A DNA stretch of 64,000 nucleotides from contig NC_086097.1 of the NCBI RefSeq assembly GCF_963921235.1, forward strand, positions 213,096,001 through 213,160,000, written 5' to 3'. This stretch comes from Mobula hypostoma (Eukaryota). The position numbers and the translations under genes are program-made. Positions 25,816-39,400 of the stretch are shown here, one piece after another. Below the pieces are notes generated by a model. It made no database searches. It was not told the origin of the DNA and saw only the letters and a list, made by a program, of their open reading frames with translations. Position 1 is the first letter of the stretch. Each line of letters starts with the position of its first letter.

Positions 25816-28800
25816 TTGGTTCTAATTTTGTTAAGTGCTTTTCTTTACTTTTCTTCTTATTTATATCTCCTGCCAGGTTCAAGTGAAGTTACATTAAAGG
25901 GTTATCCTTGATACAAAGAGTATACTTAAGTGTTGTTTATGTATATGCGGCTAAAGCCAAACATTTAAATAATCTGGAAACCCCTCTGCCATTTCAAAGA
26001 TACGATTTAAATTATACTACACTGAAATCATGAAAATTTCTACTCCACTAATACAGTTCAACAGTATGCTCTTCAAAAGACATGCCTTTAAATTCAAGGT
26101 ATTCAATCAACTCTCCCCACCCACACAGAGTAAAGCAGGACAATTTCGGAATTTCTGAATTAGGGGAATATTCAGGAGCATCATGGCTCAATAAGATGTT
26201 TCAAACTACTTTGTTCAAAGTGATATGACTTTCTGCTACCAGAATTAAAATCATATACATGACAAACAGATTATAGCTCTTCCCTCCAGGTACAATTCAT
26301 AGTAAACATCACATAACAGGTTGTTCAAATATGTTAAAATAACCTGCTCATGATTAAGCAGAATAAACAGAATAAAATCAAATGGGTACTGAAATGTTTG
26401 ATTTTTTCTTGCACTCAGTGCAGTTTTATTCATTCATGCAGATAACTCTTAAATCACATTGGTATGTCCACGAACAAACTTATCTGTTAGTGTAACTATA
26501 TTCCAAAGTTGTACGCCTGAAAGCAGCAAAGATCTAGCAAGTACCTCACATGTCAAGCTTATAAAGAGCTTCAGTAAAGTATATCACCATTAAATGATAT
26601 TAAATACATTACAGAATTTTTGCACATTTACAAACAACTATTTACAAAAGCCAAATGCATAACCAGTCTACAAAAACAATTATATGAAGCTTTGGGCACC
26701 AAAAATGGGCCCTTGTTCTTGCGCATCAGCTTTTTTTGCAAATATTTAACAGGACTATGAGAACAAGCCAACTGCCACAGCTGCTTTTCAAGACTGCATT
26801 AATTATAGAAGGCAACACAAAACATGCTTTGTATTTTGAAGGAGCAGCAGCTTCAGAAAGATCCATTTCTCATATAGTGGGATACTGTGGGCTCATTGTC
26901 TTCACCCTGTTAAAAGAGAATGGCACATTCATGCTTGAGAAATTCCTTAGTGGAGGGCTCACCCTGTTCATTTAACTGAGCAGACAGATGGAATAACAAG
27001 AAAACAGTTCTAATATATCAGCAGAGTCTGCCACTGTAGAATTCTTGTCGTACAAATTATTCAATAATTTTTATCTGGGCTATTCAACTGGGTTTGCAAC
27101 AATACTCTGCATATGTATCTTTAGCAGAGTTTGTGCATCATATGGTCCAATCAAAATTGCACAAAATATTATCAAATGAGGTAGGTGCACCGTTTTATTT
27201 CTGAATACTAACAACTGATTTTTTTTAAACTTTAAGCACACAAGAACAAATAAGAAGAAGAAATAGCTTAAATTTTTGTCTAAACCAGATAAATTCAATC
27301 AACCCACAGGTTTACAGTGCAATGGAACATTGAACAAATTAACAGGCAAATTTGGACAATGGTCACATCTTTTTCAGGGCAAAAATAGAAAATAAAACTC
27401 TTGAATTGGCTCAAGTATTTAATCCGCATTCTAGATTAAATTAAGAGACAGGACCAAGTAAAATACATACCATGACTATTGTTCTAGGATTCTGTACACC
27501 TTGAAAAAGGAAAAAAACAGCCCTGGCAAGTTTCCTAAACAGCTGTCTTTCCACACAATCACCTTTTACTTTGGGTTCCAAGTATCATAGTCTATTCAGC
27601 TCAGTAGTTCAGTCTCAAACCACTTTAGAATATCTCAAGGATGTGAAAATTAAATTGTGAATATTTTCTTCTGGGATTTGGAGAGCAAAGGAAGGGCTAA
27701 AATGTCATTCAGAACGTCAATTTTCCTTCCCATCCTCAAGTTGGCAATCATGGTACAACCAACTTTCTCCGTGAAACCACCAGAAAATGATGCTGCACTC
27801 AAATTGTGTCATTAGACGATTCATTTGTCCATGTGTATAGAAAACTCTTTGGTACCCAGGTTCTTTGATTATATTAAGTTTGAGATAAGTTAATGAGGTA
27901 AAGTATTGTGCAAACAAATGCAATATTTCTATGCATATATTCATCTGAAGGTTAAAGCCACATATAAAAGGTGCTTCCATAAAACATGTTTTGTATGTAC
28001 ACAGACACTTAAATGTAAAAAAAAATCTCATTTGTTCACCCGCCCCCCTCAAAGTATGGCTCTTCATTGGCAAAATGAAATCAAACCTTTTGAGTAACCT
28101 ATATGTTACAAAGAATAATGTTTCTCTTCAACCAGCAAACAAACTTCTGCAGTAATTTTTCCTTTCTCTAGGTGTCTGTGACCAATGTGAGCCTTATCCA
28201 GTCTCTTGTGACCCATGAAAAGCTCTCAAAACTGGACCCTGCATAACAGATGTGACTATAGTTGCAGCGCCAATTTTTGGCTGTGGAAGAGGAGCAGCAA
28301 CCAAAATTGAAATCAGATTGATTGTCATTTCTATTCAAAATGTGGGTAGTGCTGCTTTAATTATCCTTGGATTGAGGTGAGCTTTTACTTTGTAATGTTA
28401 TAAGCTCCCGCAAGTCGTGCTCCTGCCCCAGAGGGGGAACGAAAATCAGGACACTGGCCTATTGATAATAATGAAGGAATAGTAATATATATCCAAGTTA
28501 CTGGGAGCTAAAAGTGCCTCTTAACAACTTGTGTAAAAGAAAATGCAAATTAGTTAGATAATTTCATTTAAATTCAGCTGAACAAAGCATTCAACCACAT
28601 TGCAAGTTTCATTACATTTAAAACTCTCAGCCTTCCCAGCATGTAGAGCATGCAGTGATTATGAATGCAAGAAAGGAATGCTCTTGAAGCAAATAAATGG
28701 ACTGACCTCCAAGTGAAGGTCAAAACTTAGCAAGTCATGCATTATCAGTTTAATATTTCATCTTTTTTGAGTCCATCACAGAACCATGGCATTGTTTCAG

Positions 28801-31235
28801 TACAGGAAGCCAGCACTCCACCCATCTATGCATTCTCTGAGGCTTTGTCAAAGACGTGATGATATATAGAAGCAATGCCTGCATATAATTGAGATCAGGC
28901 ACTCAAATCAGAATGTATAAATTTAGCGATGCAAAAATCATAGCAACTTAATACAATACTTCATGAAGTAGTCTTATTGGTCATCACTTCAGATTGGAAA
29001 GTAAGATACATTTCTAAATATAAGTGTTTTGGTGAATTTCTGTTGTATCATATACTTTACCTATCCAGTGTTATGAAGTTATTGGTTCTTTGGTTTAAAA
29101 GGTAGTAATGGCTTAATATGGTTCCCATTTAATCATTACCACAACTTCATAAGTCTGACTTTATCAGTACAAAATTAAATAGATTCATCAATATTATAGA
29201 TTCAATTATCCAGGTTCATTGCAGCAGCACATTGTGCAAAGGTCTTGGTTTTCATAATCAATGGCTAGTTAACCTAACAGAAGGTCCTTCTGACCAAATG
29301 CGTGAAATTACCAATTAGAAATGCTTTAGTTTTTCCACTAAAATAGTGACCATCAGTTCTTTGCTCTGGCTGAGTATTTCAGTTCACATGGTTGAAATGG
29401 CCTATGTCTGCAGAGAATGAAGCTATCAATTAATGAAGGAAAATTCTTCCCCAGTTTCCTACTATTTTTCCCCATTGGCAAACTACTTAAAAGAAATCTG
29501 GAACTGGAGCTTCCAAGGATGTTGCTGAAATCCCAATTTGCACACTAGCAAAAAATTATTAACTGACCTACATATTGTTAATATCCTGTCATCAGAATGG
29601 CTCTTTCACTTTTCTCCCCTGTAATAGCATGTTCCAAAATCCAGCTTTCCTTTTTATCCATGCATTATACACTAATCCCAGGGAAGGGTTCAAAGTGCAC
29701 TTTGGAGGTGCACACTTAATTGAATTGTATTCACCAGAAAACCACTCAGGACAATTAACCATATGGTATCCAGTACCGTGCCTACATGTTTTATTCTAAA
29801 ATCTGAGCATTATGCAAGCAAATATTTCCAACAAGGTTTGTTAACAGTATATGTTCCAGAAAGAACAGACTGCAATGTGGTTTTGGTGTTGTTTGCTTTT
29901 GGAAATTAAACAAAACTTCTGTTAACACAGCAGCTGTCACTGGAAGTCAAACACAGATGCATAAAGATTCTTCAATGATTGTACAAGTAAACATAGAGCA
30001 ATACAGCAGGACTGCTTGCACATCAACTTCAAAAGAAAGATCTGTTAAGGTTATTAAAACGTATGCAATTTTAGGCCAGTTGATCTGACAAACAATGTGA
30101 CAAACATAATGGAAGGGAACTCTAAAAATGCTATTAGCAGGAGGTATAAATTTAAAAAAGAATAAGTTAAACTTTTATTAATATAATATTAATTACCTTA
30201 CGGACTTAGTTCCATGATTCTTAACTTTTGTTTCATTAATCAGCATCCTCCAAAGTCATTACTATTTAAAATATGATTGCTCCTCAACCCCACTTTCTAA
30301 AATCTAGTCATCTAGAACCAAATTATGTGATCATGTTGCTGGACACAGCAGTAATGGAGAAGGATCCTACTAAGACCGGCTCAAGAGTACTGCCACAGGG
30401 ACAAAATAGAGTGACACTTTAAGATGACAGCCATACAGCAATTATCAACAAGTTCAACAGATCTGCCAGAACAGGCTACATATCAGATCTGGCAGCATGC
30501 AGAACAGGTTATTTCATAAAGCATGCAATCTAGATGCAGATAACATCATTAGGGCCAAATGAACAGTTCAGTTGCAGGCCACTGTAGAAAAGCCAGTATT
30601 GTTTCCTCAACCAGATAACACAGTACAGTAAATGGCAATTTAAGATATTCTTCCCAGAACGATGAGTGACAGGACTGCATCATTGGGTGCAAGGAAACAT
30701 CAGAACTTCTTGATTGAGATCAGACAAAGATGTTGATATCCAGGCTAAGAATTGTTCCAGAGAAAGTGATGGGACTGTGAAAATGAGGACACCATCCAAC
30801 AAAAGCTAAATAGGAGCTCGGTAGGGGTGGGATAATGAAATCCTAGCCTACGAAGACAAAGGTCCACCAGGTGCACAAGGTCCTCGACAAGTGCTGTAAA
30901 ATCCTCCAAATTTAATGGAAGAACAAGCAAACTGATTCTTCTCCCAGGCTAAAATCTCAACCACTGAGGTCCAGTCTCAGTCAGTTTTCTGACACGCCAC
31001 AAAACTCTTCTTGAATCGGATCCTATTCCAGCCCCTGTCTAAGGATGTAATTACCGTTCAGGCAGAGCAAAAAGGATTCAAGGATATTCTCCAGTTTTCA
31101 TAGAAAACATGCAACATCCCCAGTGACTCCTCAGAATTACTGACCCATGAGCACTCAGAGTAAAACAAGCATTTGGGATGATATTATCAAACTAAAGTCC
31201 AAACATACAGGGCACAAAAGCCAAAATGGCAAAAG

Positions 31236-31975
31236 AATCAGAATCAGGTTCATTATCACCGGCATGTGATGTGAAATTTGTTAACTTATCAGCAGCAGTT
31301 CAATACAATACAAACTATAGAAGAAAAATAATAATAATAAATAAATAAATCTTCTCCGTGGATTGTCACCTTGTCATGGTAGAGAAGCTTGTGTGGCCCT
31401 GTGATCCCGAGAGCAATGCTGTCTGGAGCTATGCTCCTGGTAGGGTCACCCATGGCGGTAAGGTCGAGGGTGAGGTCCCTGACAAAGAACAATCCAACCA
31501 AGACCTCAACGATGGAACAGGCGGAAGAAGTTACTTCAAACTCAACGGCTGTGAAGGCAGATGAAGGCTGCAACAAATCCATCAGCTCCAATCGTCATGG
31601 TTTCCATGCCATTGGAATCAGTTGGTTGATTTGTGAAGTATCGTGTGCTTCTTGGAGTGCAACATCAAGTACACATAAACAAATACATGCACAGGCCTCT
31701 TCGCTCTGTACAGAACGAAGACCATCATCTTCAACCTCGAGGGATAGCCACGACGACAAAATAAGTAAATCTTATTCTGTATACTTTATACAGTCTACAT
31801 ATATTGAATAGATTAAAAATTGTGCAAAAAAACAGAAATTACTATAGATAAAAAAGTGAGGTAGTATCCAAGGGTTCAATATCCATTTAGGAATCGGATG
31901 GCAGAGGGGAAGCAGCTGTTCCTGAATCACTGAGTGTGTGCCTTCAAGCTTCTGTACCTCCTACCGGATGGTAAG
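31236..31975 (-). mobile_element. Rex1/Babar 3' end, interrupted by the RTE-derived element at 31354-31758
   Basis: An (AGAATC)n tail lies at 31236, and a minus-strand LPSGRRYRSL-type coding remnant lies at 31900-31975. Confidence 0.7.
31354..31758 (+). mobile_element. Non-autonomous RTE (Rex3/Expander-like) derived short element
   Basis: The 5' part resembles the recalled Rex3/Expander 5' UTR (GTCACCTTGTCATGG…CCTGGTAGGGTCACCCATGGC). It ends in a (GAC)n tail. A 15-bp TSD AAATAA[A/G]TAAATCTT lies at 31339-31353 and 31759-31773. Confidence 0.65.
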
Positions 31976-33867
31976 AGCGAGCTCTATTTCACAAACTTCC
32001 ATCCACCTGGCCCATAAAATGCCTCCTGCTGAGCAGTGGGCTTATCTGCAGTTTCTACAATATCATCAGTTACCTCAAATGCCATAATGACTGCAGCAGA
32101 AGCAAATCATTGTCGATTCCATGAAATGACTTAAAACTGTCTGAAGCAGGTTATTATGCTTTCTTTCAGTTGTTCCAACACTAGATGGAGCTGCTTTACA
32201 TCCAAACTCTGAATGCCCTTTCAGAATCACATTTACTATCACTAACATACACATGCAAAATTTGTTGTTTTGCAGCAATAGCATGGTGCAAAGACAAAAT
32301 TACTATGAATCTCAAAATAAACAAACAGCTCAAAAATATAGAATAATGAGGCTGTGTTCATGGATCATTCAAAAATATGATGACAAATGGGAAGAAGCTG
32401 TTTTTCTGACTTGTTGAATGTGGGTCTTGATGAAATAAGTTAGCCTGCTTGTGCACAATTTATTAGAACACATAAGCTAAAGATGAATGGGAATAGTCAA
32501 GAAAATAGGACGAGGTCCAAGGTTATAATCAATGTGCAACTGATGCAAATGAGTTGATGAAAGGTGGGGGAAGAAACATCAAAGCTCAGACATCAGTTCT
32601 ACAGCCTAGTGCCCAAAGGCAGGACCCAGCACTCAGTGATGAAGACCTTTCTACGTAATTTAAATTTGAAGAAATATGTATGATCATTCACAAGACAGCC
32701 AAAAAAGCAAGGGTTAGAGTCAGAAGCTGCAAAATTCTTTGTCCAAAATCTGAAGAGATGCACAAACTAATTAGCCATTTACAAGCTATTCTTCTATAAA
32801 GACCATCAGAATCAAAGATAACTTGATACCATTCTTATATCATTCTGGGCAGCATAGCCAAGTGAGTATTTTGCAAGGTGGTCTGCTCCTTCTGTCATTC
32901 TAAGCTTCTGTGGGCTCTCAATCCATGGAACCCTAGGATCTCAGCACTTTGGAGTTCAGTGATCAAGAGCCTTCAGCCATGGAAGAGTAGATTGAGAGAA
33001 GGTTAAAGGAGAACCCACGGCATTTTAAGGATGTTACTTGGCTCATCAGCCAAGGTGCATCATGGAAATAATAAGACTGAAACACCTGTCAATTCCAGGC
33101 AAGAAGCCAATATGCAAACTTGAATCCCATGACCAACATCAGGATTTTTACAGAAAATACTAGATGCTAATTTTAATTGGTTGACTGGGCTAAACTCAAA
33201 CTATAGCAGTTGAATAAAATTTATAACCACCCCACTACCCCCAGATGCACACACAAATTAATGCACTAATCAGTTCAGGGTGTGGAAACCAGTCCATTCT
33301 CCACATGAAGCAAATAGAATAGGACAAGATGAAAGGAGTCCAATCAATACATCTGCAGAAAAAGTTAACCTAGTACATTTCAACCTTTGTAAGGTTCTAC
33401 CCAATGCTTTTGAAATTTGCCTTGTGCTCAATTTAGGATTTTAATTTGTGGACCAGTGTTCTCTTTTCCATTGCCATTTTAAAACTAGTAGAATGAATAC
33501 AATCTCAAACTTCTAAAGGCACAAGGGTAGCAGGTGCACAGGAACACCATCACCTTGTTTTCTTCAGTCACACACAAACTAGACTTTGAAATATATTACT
33601 GTTCCTCCAGGCCAGTAATTCTCAAACACCACCAAAAGAATAAATGAAAAATATTTCAAGTTTCCTCTCCAATCTAAACAATTCATGCACACTGAGGTAG
33701 TTCAAATGGAGTGGCTGCAGCATAGAAACCCTATTTCAAGACACAATGCACAAGCTCTGAATCTGGAAATGTTTAAACAGCGAAGATTAACCTTTCAGTC
33801 TGAAAAACCCTATGTCATATGCTTTGTTCAGCTATAAAATTATAATCTCCATCTTCCTATTTCTAAT

Positions 33868-36040
33868 CACAAACAAGAGAAAATCTGCAGATGCTGGAAA
33901 TCCAAACTGCTCACACAAAATGCTGGAGGAACTCAGCAGGCCAGGCAGCATCTATGGAAAAGACTACAGTTGACGTTTTGGGCCGAGACCCTTCAGCAGA
34001 ACTGAGAAAAAAAGAGATGAGCGGTCAGGGTAAGAAAGTGGCGAGGGAAGGAAGAACCGCAAGGTGGTAGATGAAGCCGACAGGGGAGAAGTAAAGAGCT
34101 GGGAAGTTGATTGGTGAAGAGGATAGAGCTGGAGAAGAGGGAATCTCCCAGAGACAGAAGGCCAAGGAACAAAGAAAAGGGAAAGGATTTTTACTGAGTG
34201 GGAAGAGATATAGTCCAGGTAGCTGTGAGAGTCCTGACGAAGGGTCTCGGCCTGAAACGTCGACTGCACCTCTTCCTATAGATGCTGCTTGGCCTGCTGC
34301 GTTCACCAGCAACTTTGATGTGTGTTGCTTGAATTTCCAGCATCTGCAGAATTCCTGTTGTTAGCTGTGAGAGTCAATGGGTTTATAATAGACAGCAGTA
34401 GATAAGCTGTCTCCAGAGATAGAAACAGATCTAGAAAGGGGAGGGAGGTGTCCACCACCATTGTCCTTCGACTTGTGGAACATTCTCACCCTTAATAATT
34501 TCTTCTTCGGCTCCTCCTACTCCATTCAAACAAAAAGGTGTAGACATGAGCACTCACATGAATCCTAGCTACGTCTGACTATTTGTCAGCTACGTGAAAC
34601 AATCTACGTTCTAAGCCTACACTCGTATCACTCCCCCACCTTTTCCTACACTACATCAATGAGTGTGTCAGTGCTACTTCCTGCACCCATGCAGGGCTCA
34701 ACTTCATCAACTTTTCCTCCAACTCAGATTTATCTGATCCATTTCTAACACCTCCCTCCACTTTCTCGATCTGTCTGTCTATCTCTGGAGACAGCATATC
34801 TACTGCTGTCAATTATTAACTCACTAGCTCTCAGAGCTATCCGGACTATACTTCTTCCCACCCAATTACAATGTAAAAACACCATCCCTTTCTCTCCATT
34901 CCTCCCTCTCCACATCTGCTCTCAGAACGAGGCTTTTCATTCCAGAACAAAGGAGATGTCCTCCTTTTTCAAAGAATGCGGCTTCTCTTCCTCCACCACC
35001 AACACTGCCTTCAACCGCATCTCTTCCATTTCACACATGTCTGCTCTCACCTCATCCTCCCACCACCCCACCAGGGAAAGGGTTTCTCTTGTCCTCACCT
35101 ACCATCCCACTAACCTCTCCATCTAGCACAAAATTCTCCATAACCTCCCCCATCTCTAGCAGGATCCTACCAAGCACACATTTCCTTCCTCCTGCCCCTC
35201 CATCTGCTTTCTGTTTTCCACAAGGATCACTTCCTACATGACTCCCTTGTCTATTCATCCCTCCTGACACTTATCCTTGCAAACAGAACAAGTGCCTCAC
35301 CTGCCCCTACACCTCCTACCTCACTACCATCCAGGAACTCAAACAGTCCTTCCAGGTGAGGTGACACTTCACCTGTGGGTCAGTGGGGGTCATCTACTGA
35401 ATCCAGTGCTCCTAGTGTAGCTTCCTGTATATCAGTGAGACTCAACGCAGATTGGGACACCGCTTTGCCAAGCACCTACACTCCATCCGCCAGAAAAAGA
35501 GGGATCTCCCAGTGGCCACCCATTTTAATTCCACTTCCCGTTCCCATTCTGACATGGCCTCCTCTACTGCTGCAATGAGGCCACGCTCAGGTTGGAGGAG
35601 CAACACCTTATATTCTCTCTGGGTAGCCTCCGACCTGATGGCATGAACATCGACTTCTCTAACTTCTGGTAATTTCTCCCCCACCTTTCCCCATTCCCAT
35701 TTCCCTCTCACCTCATCTCCTTACCAGCCTATCAACTCCCTCCCTCTGGTGCTCCTCCACCTCTGCTTTGTTCCTTAGTCTTCTATCAGATTCCCCCTTC
35801 TCCAGCCTGTATCCCTTTTACCAATCACATTCCCAGCTCTTTATTTCACCCCTCTCCCCCCCCCCACCATTTCACCTATCATCTTGTGGTTCTTCCTCCA
35901 TTCTCCCCACTTTCTTACTCTGACTCCTCATCTTTTTCTCCGGTCCTGATGAAGGGTCTTGGCCCGAAACATCGTCTATACTCTTTTCCATAGGTGCTGC
36001 CTGCCCTGCTGAGTTGCTCCAGCATTTTATGTGCGTTCCT
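33868..36040 (+). mobile_element. Degraded Penelope-like element (RT plus GIY-YIG endonuclease) with an inverted partial copy at its 5' side (about 33868-34452, minus strand)
   Basis: RT remnants include YKPIDSHSYLDY.SSH. The GIY-YIG remnant VIY*IQC…LYISETQRRL…RFAKHLHSIR…PVATHFN lies at 35385-35535. Terminal hammerhead-bearing repeats occur in inverted orientation at both ends. Confidence 0.88.
34230..34265 (+). ncRNA. Minimal type I hammerhead ribozyme motif (Penelope-type), in a short insertion 34234-34361 with a 14-bp TSD
   Basis: Motif reads agtc-CTGACGA-agg(gtctcgg)cct-GAAAC-GTC-gact. The TSD TAGCTGTGAGAGTC lies at 34220-34233 and 34362-34375. Confidence 0.8.
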
Positions 36041-36477
36041 CCTTCATACTTCTAATATTGTTTTCTTTACACTGTAAAATCAAAATGTTTGCAGCTACAT
36101 TTTCATCAAATGACAAAATACTATAAAATTCTATTGAATAAACTTCCCCAATGGAAAATTAAATATTTTATTCATTTTCTGCAATACGGAAATGTGATAT
36201 TAATAATCTGCTTTCTAAAACCAGCACCCCCATAGGTCTGCACAAGTCAAAAAGAACCTACAATTTCCGTTCTACATAAAAAGAACATGTAACTTAGCCA
36301 TAGATGAAAATCTGAAGTGTCGCTAATGCTACAAGTGAAGAACTTTGTTTGTGATTAAAGATTTTTTTTAAGGTCTATTTATTCACAATGCTTCAGAAAG
36401 TAAACATTGCAAAAACAGAAGTATACTGAACACCAACTTAAAGACAATCACATCTTAATGCAGCAAACGTGCCTAGG

Positions 36478-39400
36478 AATCATAGAACGATACAGCATGG
36501 ATACAGGTCCACCGGCCCTACCAGCACTACCAATCCACACATACTATGGTGCCTATCCATCTACTCCCAATTTTCTTGCATTTGGACCATCTCTCTACGT
36601 CCTGTCCCTCCATCCATCTATCCAAGTTATGTTACTGTCCTAGCCTCAACCACTTCCACTGGTAATCCCTCCTATATACTCAACCCTCTGTATGAAAAAT
36701 ATGCCCTCAGATCCCTTTTAAATATTTCCCATCTCACCGCAAATCTATGCCCCTTAGTTTTGGACTCACCTGCCGTGGAGAAAAGACTGTTACCAACCAC
36801 CTTATCTCTGCCTTTCATGATTTTACAAACATCTATAAGCACATCACTAATTCTATGTTCACAGAAATAAAGACCAAGTCCTCATCAATCTCTCCCCACT
36901 ACTCAGGCCCTCCAGTCCTGGCAACATCCTCAAATCTTTTCTACACCCTTTCCAGTTTAACCACGTCTTTCCTGCAACAGGGTGACCAAAACTATATACA
37001 GTAATTCCAAGTGCAGCCTCACCAATGACTTGTACAACTGCCACATAATATCCTAACTCTTATACTCAATCCATAACTAAAGGCCAGCCTGTTAGCTTTC
37101 TCACCAGTCTACCCATGATGTAGCTTTCAATGAGCTATACACTTGTACTTTTAGGTCCTTCTGTTCCTTGACACTCCCTGGTGCCCTACAATTCATAGTG
37201 AAAGTCCTATGCTGGTTTGACTTTCGAAATGCATCACCTCACACTTGTCTGTATTGAAACCCATTTGCCACTCTCAACCCACTTCCCTAACTGACAAGAT
37301 ACTCGTAATTTACAATTGTCATAAGGTGGGCGTTGATGGCGAACCCAAATGCAAGGCACAGATACTGAAGTACTAGGAACAAGACTTGACTAGAGAGCTG
37401 GGACAAGAACACAGACATGGGCTAGGACATTGGCTAGGCAAGCAGGACCAGGACAAGGAACTGGGAACTAGGAGCCTGGGCTTGGACTCCGAGCCGGAGA
37501 CTGGACAAGGACCCAGAACCTGGGACTTGACTCGGGCTCGGAGCCCGGAACTAGGCGAGGACATCACATGGCTACAGGACTGGACATGGCTTAGGTTCTT
37601 CATGGCTTGTGTTCGGACTCCGAGCCAGAGACTAGACAAGGACCCAGAACCTGGGTCTTGACTCGGGCGCAGGCTCCAGAACTAGGCGAACACATGACGT
37701 GGTCTTGGGACACAGGACTAGGCGAGGCTACAGGACAGAACGAGAGACTCCTGGGCAAGACAAGGGAACTCCAGCAGAGGACGAAGCACATGGACAGGAC
37801 CAGAACATGAAGCCTTGACTTGGAACTCAAGAACAGCTGAGCCTTAGACTTGGGATGACAGGAACTTCGGAACCTTGGCCTTGGAACGACAGGAACACAG
37901 AGCACAGAGCCTTGGTCTTGGGGAGGACAAGAAAACAGAGCCTTGGTCTAGAGCAGGGGAACACAGAGCCTTGGACTTGACAGACAGGAACACAGGGGCA
38001 TGGAACACAGAGCCAGGACCCCTCCTTGGGAACAGGACTAGGGGCCAGAGCTCTACACAGAATGCTGAACACGACGAGACGGGTCCCAACAATAGGTAGC
38101 GGCAAATGGCCGGACCTACCTAGCACAGGTGTGGACACAGAAATGGTTCCTAACACTAGGCAGCGACAAACGGCCAGACCTACCTAGTGAAGGCATGGAC
38201 ACAGAGACAGTTCCAACTCAACGATAGACAGTTCCATATCTTGACACAGCAAGGTTCCAGTCTCGCTTCGTGGTAGAACTAGACACAGGTTGTGGGGCAA
38301 GGCTCCAGATACTTATTGATTTTGCACCTGCAAACTTACTAATCATGTCTTCTGCATTCACGTCCAAATTATTTATATAAATGACACATAACAAGGGTCC
38401 TAATACTGGCCCCTACAGCACACCACTTTTCATCAGCCTCCATTCTGAGAAATAGGCTTCACCACCTTTTGCTTCCAACCTCTGAAACAATTTTGAATCC
38501 ACTAACTAGCTCTCCCTGGATTCCAGAGGAGCCAACCTTCCAGATGAGCATGCCATGCGAGATCTTGCCAAAGGCCTTACTGAAGTCCAAACAAGCAACA
38601 TTCAACACCCTACCCAATATCTAACTTTTTGCTTACCTCTTCCATGCACAAAGCTATGCTGTCTCCTTCCAATCAGACTATCCTGTCCCTCAGAATTACT
38701 TCCAGCAACATCCCCACTACTGATGCCAGGCTAGAAGCCTTGTAGTTCCCTGGTATGTTCTTGTTACCCTTAAACAAGAAAACAACATTAGCCACATTCC
38801 AGTTTTCAGGAATTCCAGCATTGGCTAACAATGAAGAAAATATCTCCATAATGGCCTCCGCAATTTCTTCTTTACCCTCCCACAAAGTCTGAGGACATCA
38901 GGTGTGAGCAAGTCCCATAAAAGTTCCCCCACCAGTTTTTTCCCCTTTAAAAAAGCAGGTCTTGGCTGCATTACCCAACTTATTTTAAAAATGTTCCATT
39001 CACCAAATGAAGCCATCCAGGATGCATCGCGTGGAGGTGGAACCACACAGTTCCAAAGAGGAAACACTAAGACTCAATGAAATAGTAAAAAATCACCCAA
39101 TGAACCAAGCTGCTTTGCCTACAGTCGGGGATTTATCCACCTCAATGCAAGTAGCTCCTCCCTGGCAATATGAATGTCCTGCAAAACATCACCACTTGCT
39201 TCCCTTATCTCTTGAGCAAATCTGACTTTCTCCTCAGAAAACAAGAAGAAGAAATATTCATTAAAATTCCACCCATCTCCTGTAGCTCAAGCCATAGATA
39301 GGTAGCCATGCTGATCTCCAAAGGAACCTGCTCTCTCCCTTGCTACCCTTTTGTTCTTAATATAACTATGGAACCCCTTGGGATTTTCCTTAACCTTACC

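Noticed and set aside
33964..34364. Recurrent small ORFs (e.g. SPDEGSRPETSTAPLP, RRFRPRPFVRT) as a peptide family
   Set aside because: They are translations of the non-coding hammerhead-bearing repeat in different frames.
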